Source of the DNA: an uncultured delta proteobacterium
GTDB taxonomy: Bacteria > Desulfobacterota > Binatia > Binatales > Binataceae
Assembly: GCA_963765675.1 (NCBI GenBank)
Contig: CAVXXK010000004.1
Coordinates: forward strand, 1-64,000
Length of the DNA: 64,000 bases
Direction of reading: 5' to 3'
Part shown: one piece after another, positions 39,149 to 49,401 of the stretch
Layout of the letters: the number at the start of each line of letters is the position of its first letter
Numbering within the stretch: the first letter of the stretch is position 1
The notes under the pieces: model-generated
Database searches by the model: none
Seen by the model: the letters and a program-made list of their open reading frames with translations, nothing else
Told to the model about the DNA's origin: nothing
Program-made: the position numbers and the translations under genes

Positions 39149-39432
39149 GGCAGCATCACCACCTGTCCATTGGCGGGCGGTGCCAGATGGTACTTCGGCG
39201 CTAGCGCGCGCAACCGCTCGTGCGACGCAAGCTGGGCGGCCTTGAGCCGCAGCGTGCGGTTCTGATCCTCGAGTCCCGCGATATCTTCGCGCAACGCGGA
39301 GAGCCGGTAGCCCTCGCGCGTAGCTTCGAGCCGAATCATCAGAGTGGTGAAACCGAGAGCCGCCACCGCGATCATCAGGATTCCGGCGAGGATCGGAGAC
39401 GGCGGATTTGCGGGACGCACGCGGCGGCTCAT
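39145..39432 (-). CDS. ftsL: Cell division protein FtsL
   Basis: Single TM plus coiled coil, between rsmH and ftsI. Confidence 0.8.
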   Translation of the reverse strand: MSRRVRPANPPSPILAGILMIAVAALGFTTLMIRLEATREGYRLSALREDIAGLEDQNRTLRLKAAQLASHERLRALAPKYHLAPPANGQVVMLP

Positions 39433-40349
39433 TGCGCGATCCTCTCAATACAGCGCAGGCGTGCGCTGCGCGCGCGCGGATTGTTGGCGATCTCAGAGCG
39501 CTGCGGCTTCACTACTTTGCCGGTGATCGCGGAATACTCGCCCGAGCGTTTGAGCTCGCGAAAGCATTCCTTGACCGCGCGATCTTCGAGCGAGTGGTAC
39601 GCGAGCACGACCATCCGGCCGCGAACTGCCAGCAGGCCCGGCGCGTCGGCGAGCAGCGCGGCCAGGCTTTCCATCTCGCGGTTGACCGCGATTCGCAGCG
39701 CCTGGAAAGTGCGCGTCGCCGGATGCGCTCCGCTGCGGCGATGCGGCCCGATTGCGCGCTCGACCACGGCGCGCAGCTCGGCGGTGGTTTCGAGCGGACG
39801 GCGGCGGCGTTCCTCGACGATCGCACGCGCGATTCTGCGCGAGGCGCGCTCTTCGCCGAAATTGAAAATGATATTGGCCAGATCGGCTTCCGTTTCCTCG
39901 TTCACGAGATCATAGGCGCGAATCCCCTGTGTCCGATCCATCCGCATGTCCAGCGGACCGTCGAGGCGAAAGCTGAAGCCGCGCTCCGGATCGTCAAGCG
40001 CGAAGCTCGACATCCCGAGATCGGCGACGATCGCGTCCACGCGCTCAAATCCGCACTCGCCGAGCACTCGCGCGAGATCGGCGAAATCGGCCTGGCGCAG
40101 GATCACGCGATCGCCGAACGGCGCAAGCCGCTCGCGCGCGGCCGCGAGCGCGTCGGCGTCGCGATCGATCCCGACGACACGCGCGTCGGTCGCGGCGAGG
40201 ATCGCCTCGGCATGACCTGCCATCCCGAGCGTCACATCAACGACGACGCGCGGCCCGTGCGCGGCAACCAAGTCGCGCACCTCCGCCACCATCACCGGCA
40301 CATGCCTCCGGACCGCCGCGCCGTCGTTGTGTTTCACCGCCAAACTCAT
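39429..40349 (-). CDS. rsmH: 16S rRNA m4C1402 methyltransferase
   Basis: HVPVM, GPLDMRMD, HPATRTFQALRIAVNRE, HSLEDR, NPRARSARLR. Confidence 0.97.
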   Translation of the reverse strand: MSLAVKHNDGAAVRRHVPVMVAEVRDLVAAHGPRVVVDVTLGMAGHAEAILAATDARVVGIDRDADALAAARERLAPFGDRVILRQADFADLARVLGECGFERVDAIVADLGMSSFALDDPERGFSFRLDGPLDMRMDRTQGIRAYDLVNEETEADLANIIFNFGEERASRRIARAIVEERRRRPLETTAELRAVVERAIGPHRRSGAHPATRTFQALRIAVNREMESLAALLADAPGLLAVRGRMVVLAYHSLEDRAVKECFRELKRSGEYSAITGKVVKPQRSEIANNPRARSARLRCIERIAQ

Positions 40350-40352
40350 CGT

Positions 40353-40802
40353 CTACAAATCGAGCTTTTCGTAAAAAGCCGGATCCTGGAGCTCCGCCTC
40401 ATTGGCACGGAGCACCCCCTCGAGCACCGCCTTGTCCCACAACTGAAAATGATCGCGCAGCGCGGAGAACGTGACCTCGCGCGCGAGACCGGCGAACTCG
40501 CGCAGCCGGGTCGGAATCAGGATACGTCCCTGCCGATCGACCGGAACCTCGTGCGCGCCCCCGATGTAAAACGTTTCGAATTTCTGTATGGATGGATCGA
40601 AGCGATTGCGGGTCGCGACTTTGGCCAGCAACTGCTCCCATTCAACCGGAGGATAAACATCGAGGCATCGTTCGCGGTTGTAGAAATTATTGGTGATGAA
40701 CAGGCGATCGTGCTCTTCGCGCGCGAGCACTTCACGGAATCGCGCCGGGATACTGACGCGTCCCTTTTCATCGATCGCATGGTCGAACCGCCCGCTGAAC
40801 AC
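40353..40802 (-). CDS. mraZ: Division/cell wall cluster repressor MraZ
   Basis: DEKGRVSIP and DRQGRILIP repeats; GTG start after GGAGG. Confidence 0.95.
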   Translation of the reverse strand: MFSGRFDHAIDEKGRVSIPARFREVLAREEHDRLFITNNFYNRERCLDVYPPVEWEQLLAKVATRNRFDPSIQKFETFYIGGAHEVPVDRQGRILIPTRLREFAGLAREVTFSALRDHFQLWDKAVLEGVLRANEAELQDPAFYEKLDL

Positions 40803-40821
40803 CCCTGCTCCTCCCGAATCG

Positions 40822-40855
40822 CCCACAATCTCCCACTCTTCACCACTACAGTCAA
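40822..40855 (-). promoter_or_regulatory. MraZ-binding boxes overlapping the putative dcw promoter
   Basis: Three GTGG(G/T) boxes at exact 10-bp spacing (40842-46, 40832-36, 40822-26) following TTGACT. Confidence 0.75.
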
Positions 40856-41117
40856 GTAAATTGGATACACCGCATCACGAAAGTGACTATTCGCCCAAAA
40901 ATATCGATGGCGAAAAGAAAGCGAAATAGTATTCAGCGAATTTACTACCTGGGCGATCCAACTGCGCCGACGCGATCGGCCGCGGGTGCGACGAAATTCT
41001 TATCGTGAATTCTTTCTTGACACGACCGCCATTCATTAGCGAAACTCGCGCCGATTACCTCATCGCATAAACCGGATTGATTTCGCCTCGAACACGCAGG
41101 CGAAGAGAGGATTGAAG

Positions 41118-41951
41118 ATGACAGGGAAAGCTTGGTTGAGGAGCGCCGTCGTGGTCGCGGCGGGAGTTGCGTTCACGATGACCCTCACGAGTCAGGCCGC
41201 GTGGTCGAGAGCCAAAAGGAAGGTTGAACCGACGGCGACGCCGACCGTTACTCCGACCGCGACTGCGACGCCGGAGGTCAAGGCGTGGAATTTCGACCAA
41301 GACAAGGCGGGCGGCCCGGCCGCCGAATGGACTCCGGTGGTCGGCGACTGGCAGGTCATTCCCGATCCGAGCGCGCCGAGCCAGCCTAACACCTATGGGT
41401 TGCCACCGGGACGGATGATGCAGTCGCTGTTGAGCGCGCTGCAGTACTATCCGATGACGGTACTCACTGATCCGACCGAATACTCAGACTTCACCCTTGA
41501 GGCGTCATTTAAGTCGGCGGGGGGACGCTTCGATTGCTCTGGCGGAATCATCTTTCGCTACGTCGACAAAAACGATTTTTACGTGCTCTCGGCCGGATGC
41601 CCGAGCGATTATTTCCAGCTCTCGCGGATAAGCGGCGGAAAATTCGAGGTGTTAAAGCAGACCGTTGTGCCGACCGACAAAGACACCTGGTACAAGATCA
41701 AAGTCGTCGCCCAGGGCGGACATTTCATGTGCTACGACGACAACAAGATGATCTACGATTTCGACGACAGCAAGATTGCGAAGGGGCGCATCGGTCTGTG
41801 GGCGAGCGACGATTCGCAGGCGCGGTTCGACAACGTGACGCTGACCCTGCCGCCGGAGGAAGGGTCGCCGGCTGCGGAATCTTCAGGCGCGACGACGCTG
41901 CCGCCGCCTCCTCCGCCACTGCCACCACCACCGCCTCCTCCAGCGCACTGA
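41118..41951 (+). CDS. Exported DUF1080 / concanavalin-like domain protein with PT linker and poly-Pro tail
   Basis: Signal peptide, YSDFTLEASFK..GGIIFRY.D..FY, WYKIKV, KGRIGLW, ARFDNV. Confidence 0.7.
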   Translation: MTGKAWLRSAVVVAAGVAFTMTLTSQAAWSRAKRKVEPTATPTVTPTATATPEVKAWNFDQDKAGGPAAEWTPVVGDWQVIPDPSAPSQPNTYGLPPGRMMQSLLSALQYYPMTVLTDPTEYSDFTLEASFKSAGGRFDCSGGIIFRYVDKNDFYVLSAGCPSDYFQLSRISGGKFEVLKQTVVPTDKDTWYKIKVVAQGGHFMCYDDNKMIYDFDDSKIAKGRIGLWASDDSQARFDNVTLTLPPEEGSPAAESSGATTLPPPPPPLPPPPPPPAH

Positions 41952-41979
41952 CCGCGGAGATGGATTTGGCTGGATAGCG

Positions 41980-42011
41980 CGGGCGCCGGGATTCCCGGCG
42001 CCCGTTTGATT
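41980..42011 (+). terminator. Intrinsic terminator
   Basis: CGGGCGCCGGG-ATT-CCCGGCGCCCG followed by TTTGATT. Confidence 0.7.
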
Positions 42012-42068
42012 CTATCGCGCCACGGTTACGGTTGATCCGCGGCGACTTGACGCTTAGGTTGGATCGTA

Positions 42069-42335
42069 ATGGAAATTGATTCTCAACCGCCCCAGAACAA
42101 GCCCGAGGTCAGGATCGATAAGCTCGATCATGAGCGCCTGCCGCCCGGCAATTTCCTGAAAGAAGTCGCGCGCGGCGTCGGTGTCCTGTTGGGACTCGGG
42201 CTCCTGTGGGGCCTTGAGATCGTGCGCAACGCCTACTTCAAGGTGCTCGATCGGGCGGGCGTCAAGCCGCGAACCCGGCGCTCAAGCGCGTTTCCGCCGG
42301 GCCAGCCGAAGAAGCACACGGTGATTCAGTCCTGA
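42069..42335 (+). CDS. Small hypothetical membrane protein
   Basis: 88 aa, one hydrophobic segment, typical codon usage. Confidence 0.6.
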   Translation: MEIDSQPPQNKPEVRIDKLDHERLPPGNFLKEVARGVGVLLGLGLLWGLEIVRNAYFKVLDRAGVKPRTRRSSAFPPGQPKKHTVIQS

Positions 42336-42385
42336 GCTTTGAGCGAACTGTTCCCGATTTTTTCCAATTTCAATTGAGTTAGCCG

Positions 42386-44794
42386 TCAGCCGCGATCGCG
42401 TCTGCGCGCAGCCCGCAGTCCTGACCCGGCGGTGGAAGGAGACGGGACTTCCGCTCTAACCTCGTCGCCTGTGTCGAGATTTTCATCCAACAGACGCGCG
42501 AGGTAGCGCGCGAGCTTGTCGTCGAGCACGCGGGCGAGAGCGTCGGTTTGCGCGGCCTGGATAATCTTGAGGAGCCCGTCGAGGCGATGCGCCCGGTCGT
42601 GCTCCCGAATCAGCCGGGCGATCGCGCTTTGAGACAGAGCAGCGAGCTTCGCGTGAAGAGCACGGTCCAGGCGCTCGACCAGATCCTCCAACTCGGCACG
42701 CGGCGACAAGGTTCCGAGCAGATAGCCGCATCCTGCGCATCGCGGCGTGACCTCGAGGTGCTGCGGCGCGTCGCGGTCGCATCGGTTCACGCGGCGCAGG
42801 AGCGCCGCGGTCCGCATCGCGAAGCTGGGCCCCAGTGCGGGACCAAGCGCGCCGATCACGTCGAGCTTCACCAGCGCCTCCAGGCGCCGGCGCGCGTCCT
42901 CGGCGGTCAGCGCGTCGCGCTCCATCGCGGCTTTCCAGGCGCCGTGAAACGCGCGGTAGAGCTGAACGTAGGTCCACCTGAATTTCTGAAAGCGCGCCTC
43001 GAGCGCGTCGAGTCCACGCGGGGCGCCACCGAGCATCCGCGGAGCGAGTTCGGCGAGCAGCAGGTGGCATTCGGTTTCGAGCGCGGTGATACGCGGATCA
43101 TGCGCGGGCTCTTCTTCTGCGGGGATCCGCAAGCCCGTCGCCTCCACGAACTCGCGCATCACGCGCATTCGCGGCAAAATCTCGGCCGTGGCTTCTAGCC
43201 GTTCGTATGAGGATACGATCTGCAGCGCCGCTTCGCTCCGCGCGGGATCGGCGCCGATATCGATCAGGCTCTCAGCGCCGCCCGCTGCCAGCGCGGCGTA
43301 ATCGTCGAGAGTCTTGATCTGTTCGGCGGGAATCGCGAGCTTTGCTTCCGCGAAAGCGGCGGCAAGCGTCTCCCGCGTGCGGGCCGCCGCCTCAACCGAG
43401 CAGGCAAGAGCTTCGCCAAGCGAGGCGATTTCCGTGCGCACCGACACCGCGTCATGCGTAAGCTCGAGCGACGGATCGAAGCGGCGGGCGAGCGCGATCG
43501 CCGCGTTGAAGCGGATAGCCTCAGGCACGAGCGCAGCGGCGGGATCGAACACGATCGCGCCGGACTGGTCCGCGTGAATCACGCGCGCGGTGCGGCCCTC
43601 GAGACGGCGGCAAATATCCGCGAGCACGGTCCCGGATACGCCCGCCCCGGCCGCGAGCATCGGCACGCGAGCTTCGAGGTCTGCGAGCCGCAGCGGTATT
43701 GTGCCGCCGAGCGCGGATTCGACGACAATCGCGCGCACGATTTCACGCGCAAGCAGCCGCTCGTTGCCATGAAACGCCGCGAGCGCGCCAGTCGCCGTCA
43801 CCAGTGCAGCGCGGCCCGCGTCGCCCAGGCGAGCCTCCACCCGGCGTTTGATCGCGGCGTTTTCCATCAGATCGGCACAGTAGAGAAGACGCGGATGCGC
43901 GGCGCCGCCGCCCTCAAGCTCCGAGGCGATCGCCTCGCGCGCAAGGCGCGTCGCAATACCGACGGTTCCGGGAGGCTCGGCGAGCGCACCCAACGCGCGA
44001 ACCGTCAGCGGATGAAACGGAAAAATCGCGAGCGGATCAAGACCCAGCAGATCAACGCCGGCGTAGAGCTCGTGAATCAACTCCGCAACGTCTTCTCCGA
44101 CGGCGCGGGAGCGCGCGATTGCGACTCGCATCAGCTCGTCGCGATTCTCCGGCATCACCGCAAGACCGATCGCTCCGTCGGGCGCGGGAGCGCGGCTCGC
44201 GCCGATTATCGTCAACCGCACGATCGAGCAGGTACGCGCAAGATTCGCGAGCGCGCGAAAGTATGCTGCGCCCGCCTCGGCGTCCGAAGCGCTGAAATCG
44301 ATCGCGATTGTTATCGCGCGCACACCCGTGCGCCGCGCAAGTTCCATCGCCAGCGAGACCGCGTCCGCACCGCCAAGCTCGCGCCATAGCGCCAGGGTTT
44401 CGCGTTCGGCGCCAATCTGCTCGGCCAGCGTATCCAGCAGATATCCTTCGATCTCGCTGCCAAGAATCCGGCCCGCCAACTCGAAGCCGCAAACCAGATG
44501 GCGTCCCGGCTCGGGCACGGGAGTTGCCGCGCGGCTCTCGAGCGCGAGCACATAATTCAGGAAGTGGGTTTTGCCACAACCCGTCGGACCGATGATCCAG
44601 AACATCGCACCGTGCGGGCCGGCGATCGCACGATTGATAATCTCCCACGAGCGCTGCGCCGCGCGCGTCATCACGAACGACGCGACGGCATGCTCGCGCG
44701 GCGCGAGTTCGAGTTCGGCGCGCTCTGATGCCGCCGGTTCGAGCGCGATGGCCTCTCGATCCTCGGCATGGCGCATCCCCCTTTGATTTGCCAT
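42386..44794 (-). CDS. Large P-loop protein resembling BrxC/DUF6079-type ATPases
   Basis: Walker A WIIGPTGCGKTHFL, IFPFHP motif, C-terminal C-x11-CxxC segment (RCDRD..PRCAGCGY). Confidence 0.6.
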   Translation of the reverse strand: MANQRGMRHAEDREAIALEPAASERAELELAPREHAVASFVMTRAAQRSWEIINRAIAGPHGAMFWIIGPTGCGKTHFLNYVLALESRAATPVPEPGRHLVCGFELAGRILGSEIEGYLLDTLAEQIGAERETLALWRELGGADAVSLAMELARRTGVRAITIAIDFSASDAEAGAAYFRALANLARTCSIVRLTIIGASRAPAPDGAIGLAVMPENRDELMRVAIARSRAVGEDVAELIHELYAGVDLLGLDPLAIFPFHPLTVRALGALAEPPGTVGIATRLAREAIASELEGGGAAHPRLLYCADLMENAAIKRRVEARLGDAGRAALVTATGALAAFHGNERLLAREIVRAIVVESALGGTIPLRLADLEARVPMLAAGAGVSGTVLADICRRLEGRTARVIHADQSGAIVFDPAAALVPEAIRFNAAIALARRFDPSLELTHDAVSVRTEIASLGEALACSVEAAARTRETLAAAFAEAKLAIPAEQIKTLDDYAALAAGGAESLIDIGADPARSEAALQIVSSYERLEATAEILPRMRVMREFVEATGLRIPAEEEPAHDPRITALETECHLLLAELAPRMLGGAPRGLDALEARFQKFRWTYVQLYRAFHGAWKAAMERDALTAEDARRRLEALVKLDVIGALGPALGPSFAMRTAALLRRVNRCDRDAPQHLEVTPRCAGCGYLLGTLSPRAELEDLVERLDRALHAKLAALSQSAIARLIREHDRAHRLDGLLKIIQAAQTDALARVLDDKLARYLARLLDENLDTGDEVRAEVPSPSTAGSGLRAARRRDRG

Positions 44795-44997
44795 GCTTCC
44801 TATTTACATGAATGTCGGTGCTGAGACTACAAATTCACAGAGAGCCAAGTTTGGTGACAGCAAGCTATAATCATCACCACGCGGAATTCCTGCGCCGCGG
44901 CATTTCGCGTCTGGGGCCGGTATTGACGAACTACAATGAAAGCAGGCGCGTTGAGAACGATTAATCGAAACAATGACAAACGAAGCCGCGTCGCGGT

Positions 44998-46197
44998 TCA
45001 GATCACTCCGGCGGCGCGCAACTGCGCTATCTCCTGAGCACTTATCCCTATCGACTCAAGGACTTCCACCGTGTGCTCCCCAAGCTGTGGCGGACGGCGC
45101 AGAGTGTCGCTTTTAGGCTGAGGAGCGTCGGAGAGTTTCACCGGCGACCCGGAGACACGAATCGCGCCGCGAGTGGGATAGTTGCTATCGACCAGCATCC
45201 CGCGCATCGCTGTTTCAGGATCGGCGATCACTTCCTCGACGTTGCGCACGGGAGCGCAGGGCACGCCCGTTTCGATGAGAGTCGTGATCAACGCGTCGCG
45301 TTCATGCTTCGCGGTCCATCCCGCGACCAGAGCATCGACCTCGTCGGCGATTCGCAGACGGGTAGCATGGTTTGCATAGCGCGGATCGGCGAGAAGATCT
45401 TCGCGCTCCATCAGCTTCGCGATCGTGCGCCAGTGCGCCTCGGTCAGGCAGAAGATCAAAATCTCGCTGTCGCTGGTGGGATAGATATTTGTCGGACACG
45501 CGCCCCAATGACGATTGCCCAGACGCTTGAACTTCATCCCCTGCAACGCGGGTGCGGTGGCACTGGTCAACGCGGGGATCGCGACGTCGAGCATGGCAAC
45601 TTCGACCTTCTGCCCGCGTCCGGTTTTGCCGCGCTGAATCAATGCGGCGAGAATTCCGCTCACCAGGTGGCTGCCGGTGCCCATGTCAATAAAAGTCGCC
45701 GAGGTTTTGACCTTCGCATCGGGAAATCCGGTGACGCTGATAAAGCCCGACGAAGCCTGGATCGTATTGTCCATCGAGCCGAGCTTGGCCCATCGGCTGT
45801 CCGAGCCGTAACCTTTTCCCGAAGCATAAATCAGACGCGGACAACGATCCTTGATTTGCTCATACGCGAGACCGAACGACGCCATCACGCCGTCGAGAAA
45901 ATTTTCGACCAGCACGTCGGCATCTTCCAGTAACTCGAGCGCGATCTCCTGCGCGCGCTTTTTCTTGAGATTTAGCGTGACGGATTTTTTCTGCGCATTG
46001 AGCATCAGGAATGAGTAGCCGACACCGCCGGGAGAATCGGGGCGGCGCAGAACCTCGCCGGTCACAGGCGGCTCGATCTTGATCACCTCGGCACCGAGGT
46101 AAGCCAGCTGCATCGTGCAGTACGGCGCGGCGTAAACCTGGCCGAAATCGATCACGCGAATTCCGTCGAGCGGAAGAGTCTTGTCCCTAGCTGCCAT
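44998..46197 (-). CDS. Class III CoA-transferase (CaiB/BaiF)
   Basis: PLDGIRVIDF, LGAEVIKIEPP, KKSVTLNLK, ADVLVENF, PPQLGEHT. Confidence 0.92.
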   Translation of the reverse strand: MAARDKTLPLDGIRVIDFGQVYAAPYCTMQLAYLGAEVIKIEPPVTGEVLRRPDSPGGVGYSFLMLNAQKKSVTLNLKKKRAQEIALELLEDADVLVENFLDGVMASFGLAYEQIKDRCPRLIYASGKGYGSDSRWAKLGSMDNTIQASSGFISVTGFPDAKVKTSATFIDMGTGSHLVSGILAALIQRGKTGRGQKVEVAMLDVAIPALTSATAPALQGMKFKRLGNRHWGACPTNIYPTSDSEILIFCLTEAHWRTIAKLMEREDLLADPRYANHATRLRIADEVDALVAGWTAKHERDALITTLIETGVPCAPVRNVEEVIADPETAMRGMLVDSNYPTRGAIRVSGSPVKLSDAPQPKSDTLRRPPQLGEHTVEVLESIGISAQEIAQLRAAGVI

Positions 46198-46208
46198 TTG
46201 AATACGTC

Positions 46209-47366
46209 CTAGCGGAGCAGCGTGCGCGCGATGACCATCCGATGGACCTCGGACGGACCTTCGCCGATACGCCGGATGCGCGCCTCGCGGTACCATCGTT
46301 CGAGCGGAAATTCCTTGCTCACGCCGTAGCCGCCGTGAATCTGCACCGCGCGATCGATCACGCGGCCCAGCACTTCGCTCGAATAGAGTTTCGCGATCGA
46401 GGCCTCGGTGCGGAAATCCTCGCCGCGGACGGCTTTCCACGCGCCGTCCCACGTGAGCCACCGTGCCGCGCGCAGCTCGACCTCCGAATCTGCGAGCATC
46501 CACTGAATCGCCTGCCGCTTCGAGAGCAATTCGCCGAAGGTACTGCGAGTTTTGGAATGCTCGATCGCCATCTTCAGCGCTGCCACACCGACGCCGACGT
46601 TACACGCCGAGTATGGAAAGCGCAGGCGCGTCAGAAGATCGAGCGCGAGGTTGAGTCCCTGCCCCTCCTCGCCTAGCCGCTGCTCGACGGGCACCACGCA
46701 ATCCTCGAACGAGACTTCATTAGGAACGGCGGAGGTGCGCAGCGTACGGATCGGGCGCGCCGTGAATCCGGGCTGGCCCTTCTTGATAATGAACGCGGTG
46801 ATTCCGGCGCGTCCGGCCTTGGGATCGGTGCGGGTGAAGACGACGCCCCACTCCGCTTCATGCGCATGAGAAATAAAAATCTTGGTGCCGTTGATGACGT
46901 AGGTATCGCCCTTGCGCACCGCGCGGCATTGGATCGCGCCGGCGGGGTCGGAGCCGCCGGAAGGTTCGGTGACCGCGAAGAAGGTGTACCACGCGTTCTT
47001 GATCGTTCCAGCGGCGTATTTCTGGAGTTGATCTTTATTGCCCGCCCAGATGACCGGCGGCGGCGTGCGCCCGAACACTCCCGCGCCCGGATTGTAGAGT
47101 CCCATGCGATGCTGCGCCATCTCCTCGGTCAGCACGCACATCTCGAAGGTGTTGAGTCCCTGGCCGCCGTATTCCTTGGGCGCGCCCATGCACCACATTC
47201 CGGCGGCTTGGACCTTCTTTGCGATCCGCCAGTAATCGTCTTCGGGAATTTCGGGCGCGTCAGGATCGCACTTGGCCTCGATCGGGATAATCTCGTCGCG
47301 GACGATCCGGCGGACCTGGTCGCGCAGAGCTGCAAGCTCTTCGGGAATTTGATAGCCACTGTCCAT
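46209..47366 (-). CDS. Acyl-CoA dehydrogenase
   Basis: FAVTEPSGGSD, INGTKIFIS, RSTFG, QIHGGYG, RIGEGPSEV. Confidence 0.93.
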   Translation of the reverse strand: MDSGYQIPEELAALRDQVRRIVRDEIIPIEAKCDPDAPEIPEDDYWRIAKKVQAAGMWCMGAPKEYGGQGLNTFEMCVLTEEMAQHRMGLYNPGAGVFGRTPPPVIWAGNKDQLQKYAAGTIKNAWYTFFAVTEPSGGSDPAGAIQCRAVRKGDTYVINGTKIFISHAHEAEWGVVFTRTDPKAGRAGITAFIIKKGQPGFTARPIRTLRTSAVPNEVSFEDCVVPVEQRLGEEGQGLNLALDLLTRLRFPYSACNVGVGVAALKMAIEHSKTRSTFGELLSKRQAIQWMLADSEVELRAARWLTWDGAWKAVRGEDFRTEASIAKLYSSEVLGRVIDRAVQIHGGYGVSKEFPLERWYREARIRRIGEGPSEVHRMVIARTLLR

Positions 47367-49276
47367 CAGAAGATCTCCTCGTGCGCGCGCGCCCTTTCCT
47401 CGAGTCCGCGTTTCAATCCGGCGATCCACAGCTTGCGAATCCATTCGAGGTCGTACGCGCCCCAGGTTCCTTTGATCTCGAGATCGATTTCGCGGACGTG
47501 CTGTACCGCGTCGACGATTTGCGCGATCGCCGCGTCGCCCATTCGAGCACGTTCGCCACCGGTCATTTGCTTTGCCTCAAGATAGACCGACAGGCCGTCG
47601 AGCACCTCTGCGCTATAGGTCCAAAGTTGCTGCTCCGCGCGGGCCAGCGGGTTCCCTCCCAAGCGAGAGATCGATTCGGCCGCGGCGATCGCATCCTGAA
47701 ACGCGCGCGCGGCACTTTTCAGCTCACCGCGTTTGCGCCGGCCCTTTTCGGCGGACATCTGCAGGCTCATCACATCAGCAAAATCGAGCGACAGGAGCGA
47801 AGCGCGCTCGACCGCGCGATAGGCAGCGTCGAGCTCGGGGGCGCATCGCGGATGCCGTCCGAGTGCAGTGTCAGAAATCGCGGCGGCGGGCTCGAAAGCG
47901 ACATCGCGGGCGCATCGCACAAACGTCTCAAGATTGACCGGATAGGCGAGCGCGCTGAACGCGCCGAAGGTCAGGCACGAGATGCTGGTGATTCCAAGAG
48001 CATGATAGGCGCGCAGATCGCGTGCGACGACGCCCGGAGTCGCAAACGCGAGTCCGCCGAACAATATCGCGTCGGCATAATACTCGAAGACATGTGCGCG
48101 GCCGTCGAAGATTTCGAGATAGCGCTTGAGGGAATCGAAAAGCGGCGGGTTGATCTCGCAAGCGGGATCGTCGATCGCGTGCGAGTAGCACCTTTCGCGC
48201 GGCGCCCATTCGAACCATACGTTAGAAAGAGGACGCAGTCCCGGATGCGGCTCAAGCGTGTCGTGATACGCAAGATACGCAACCGGCGGAGCGACGGCGC
48301 CGCGTTCGGCAAGCGACTCGGCGACAGCGTTGACGACATCCATATACTGCAACTGCGGTGCCAGTTCGCGGCAACTGCCGCATCGGCACCACGCACCCTT
48401 CGACACGTCGGCGCCCCAGATGTGCAGGAGCTCGTTCTCCGGATAATCGCCCACGTACTTGAGCGCGCCTTCGCGCACCAGTTCCAGCGCGGCGGGATTC
48501 GACACGCACAGATTGCCGCGCGCCATCCTGGAGCCGTCGTCGCCCGCCGGAAACATCGCAGGGTCGCTCTGGAAGCGCTCGCGCGGGAGCAGAATCTGCA
48601 GGACGTGCCCGCCGTACTCTTGCGATATTCCGTAAGCCTCGAACAGGGGCTGGATTTCGTCAATTTTGAGCCGAGTGTCGTGCGCGTGCCTGATGTATGA
48701 AAACGCGTTGACCCCGCGCCGGCCCAGCCACGGAATGAATTCGCGGTCGTGACGCAGATGCAGCTCGAGCCGATCGGCGAAGCCGTAGTTCCAGGTCATG
48801 ATGTCGGAAACAAATGCCCGGCGCGAAAACGAAGGCATGACCCGATACGGAGTAATCGCGCGGAGCGCGTCGGCATCGATCCGCGGATACTGCGGGCTCG
48901 CGCCGGGTGCGAAACGCGCGCCGAGATGCTCGAGCATATCGGCGGCCACGTGAATCAGTCCGCGCGTACTGCCCGCGGCGACCGCGATCGCGGAACTATC
49001 CGCACGCGCGATCGCGAACGAGTCTCCCGCAAGCGCTTCGTCCGCGAATGGATCCGCTGGATCGCCGCCACGCGGCGCGTCGAGCTCGATCCGCATCCGG
49101 TTGGAGCCAAGCGCGGCGTTGTGAGCGACGTCCACCGGCCGCGAGAGCATCGCGGCTAACCCGGTCGCGAGTTCGGCGGCCGCAGTCGTGGTGACTCGCG
49201 CCGCGTGAGTATCGAGCGCCGCGCCGGAGACTACGACTCGCGGAAATTGCGTTTTCGATTCTCGATCTGCGCTCAC
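47366..49276 (-). CDS. DUF4838-like putative glycoside hydrolase-fold protein
   Basis: N-terminal GH20/GH67-like segment (GDSFAI..GSTRGLIH..LEHLG.RF), NLCVSNP, WCRC..C, AYLAYHDT, RCYSH, FEYY. Confidence 0.6.
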   Translation of the reverse strand: MSADRESKTQFPRVVVSGAALDTHAARVTTTAAAELATGLAAMLSRPVDVAHNAALGSNRMRIELDAPRGGDPADPFADEALAGDSFAIARADSSAIAVAAGSTRGLIHVAADMLEHLGARFAPGASPQYPRIDADALRAITPYRVMPSFSRRAFVSDIMTWNYGFADRLELHLRHDREFIPWLGRRGVNAFSYIRHAHDTRLKIDEIQPLFEAYGISQEYGGHVLQILLPRERFQSDPAMFPAGDDGSRMARGNLCVSNPAALELVREGALKYVGDYPENELLHIWGADVSKGAWCRCGSCRELAPQLQYMDVVNAVAESLAERGAVAPPVAYLAYHDTLEPHPGLRPLSNVWFEWAPRERCYSHAIDDPACEINPPLFDSLKRYLEIFDGRAHVFEYYADAILFGGLAFATPGVVARDLRAYHALGITSISCLTFGAFSALAYPVNLETFVRCARDVAFEPAAAISDTALGRHPRCAPELDAAYRAVERASLLSLDFADVMSLQMSAEKGRRKRGELKSAARAFQDAIAAAESISRLGGNPLARAEQQLWTYSAEVLDGLSVYLEAKQMTGGERARMGDAAIAQIVDAVQHVREIDLEIKGTWGAYDLEWIRKLWIAGLKRGLEERARAHEEIF

Positions 49277-49401
49277 ATCGTCACTCCAGATGGCGCGGCC
49301 CGCGATTGTCGCGGGGAATACCGGGGAATGATAACATGAGTAGTTGAATTTAGTATCGACCGATACCGGAGCCTCAAGCCTCGCGCCGAGAGCGCATCCA
49401 G

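Noticed and set aside
26491-40859. Long plus-strand ORFs opposite the dcw genes (e.g. 26491-28011, 29479-30948, 39408-40859)
   Set aside because: Antisense shadow ORFs typical of high-GC coding DNA; Arg-rich with no motifs.
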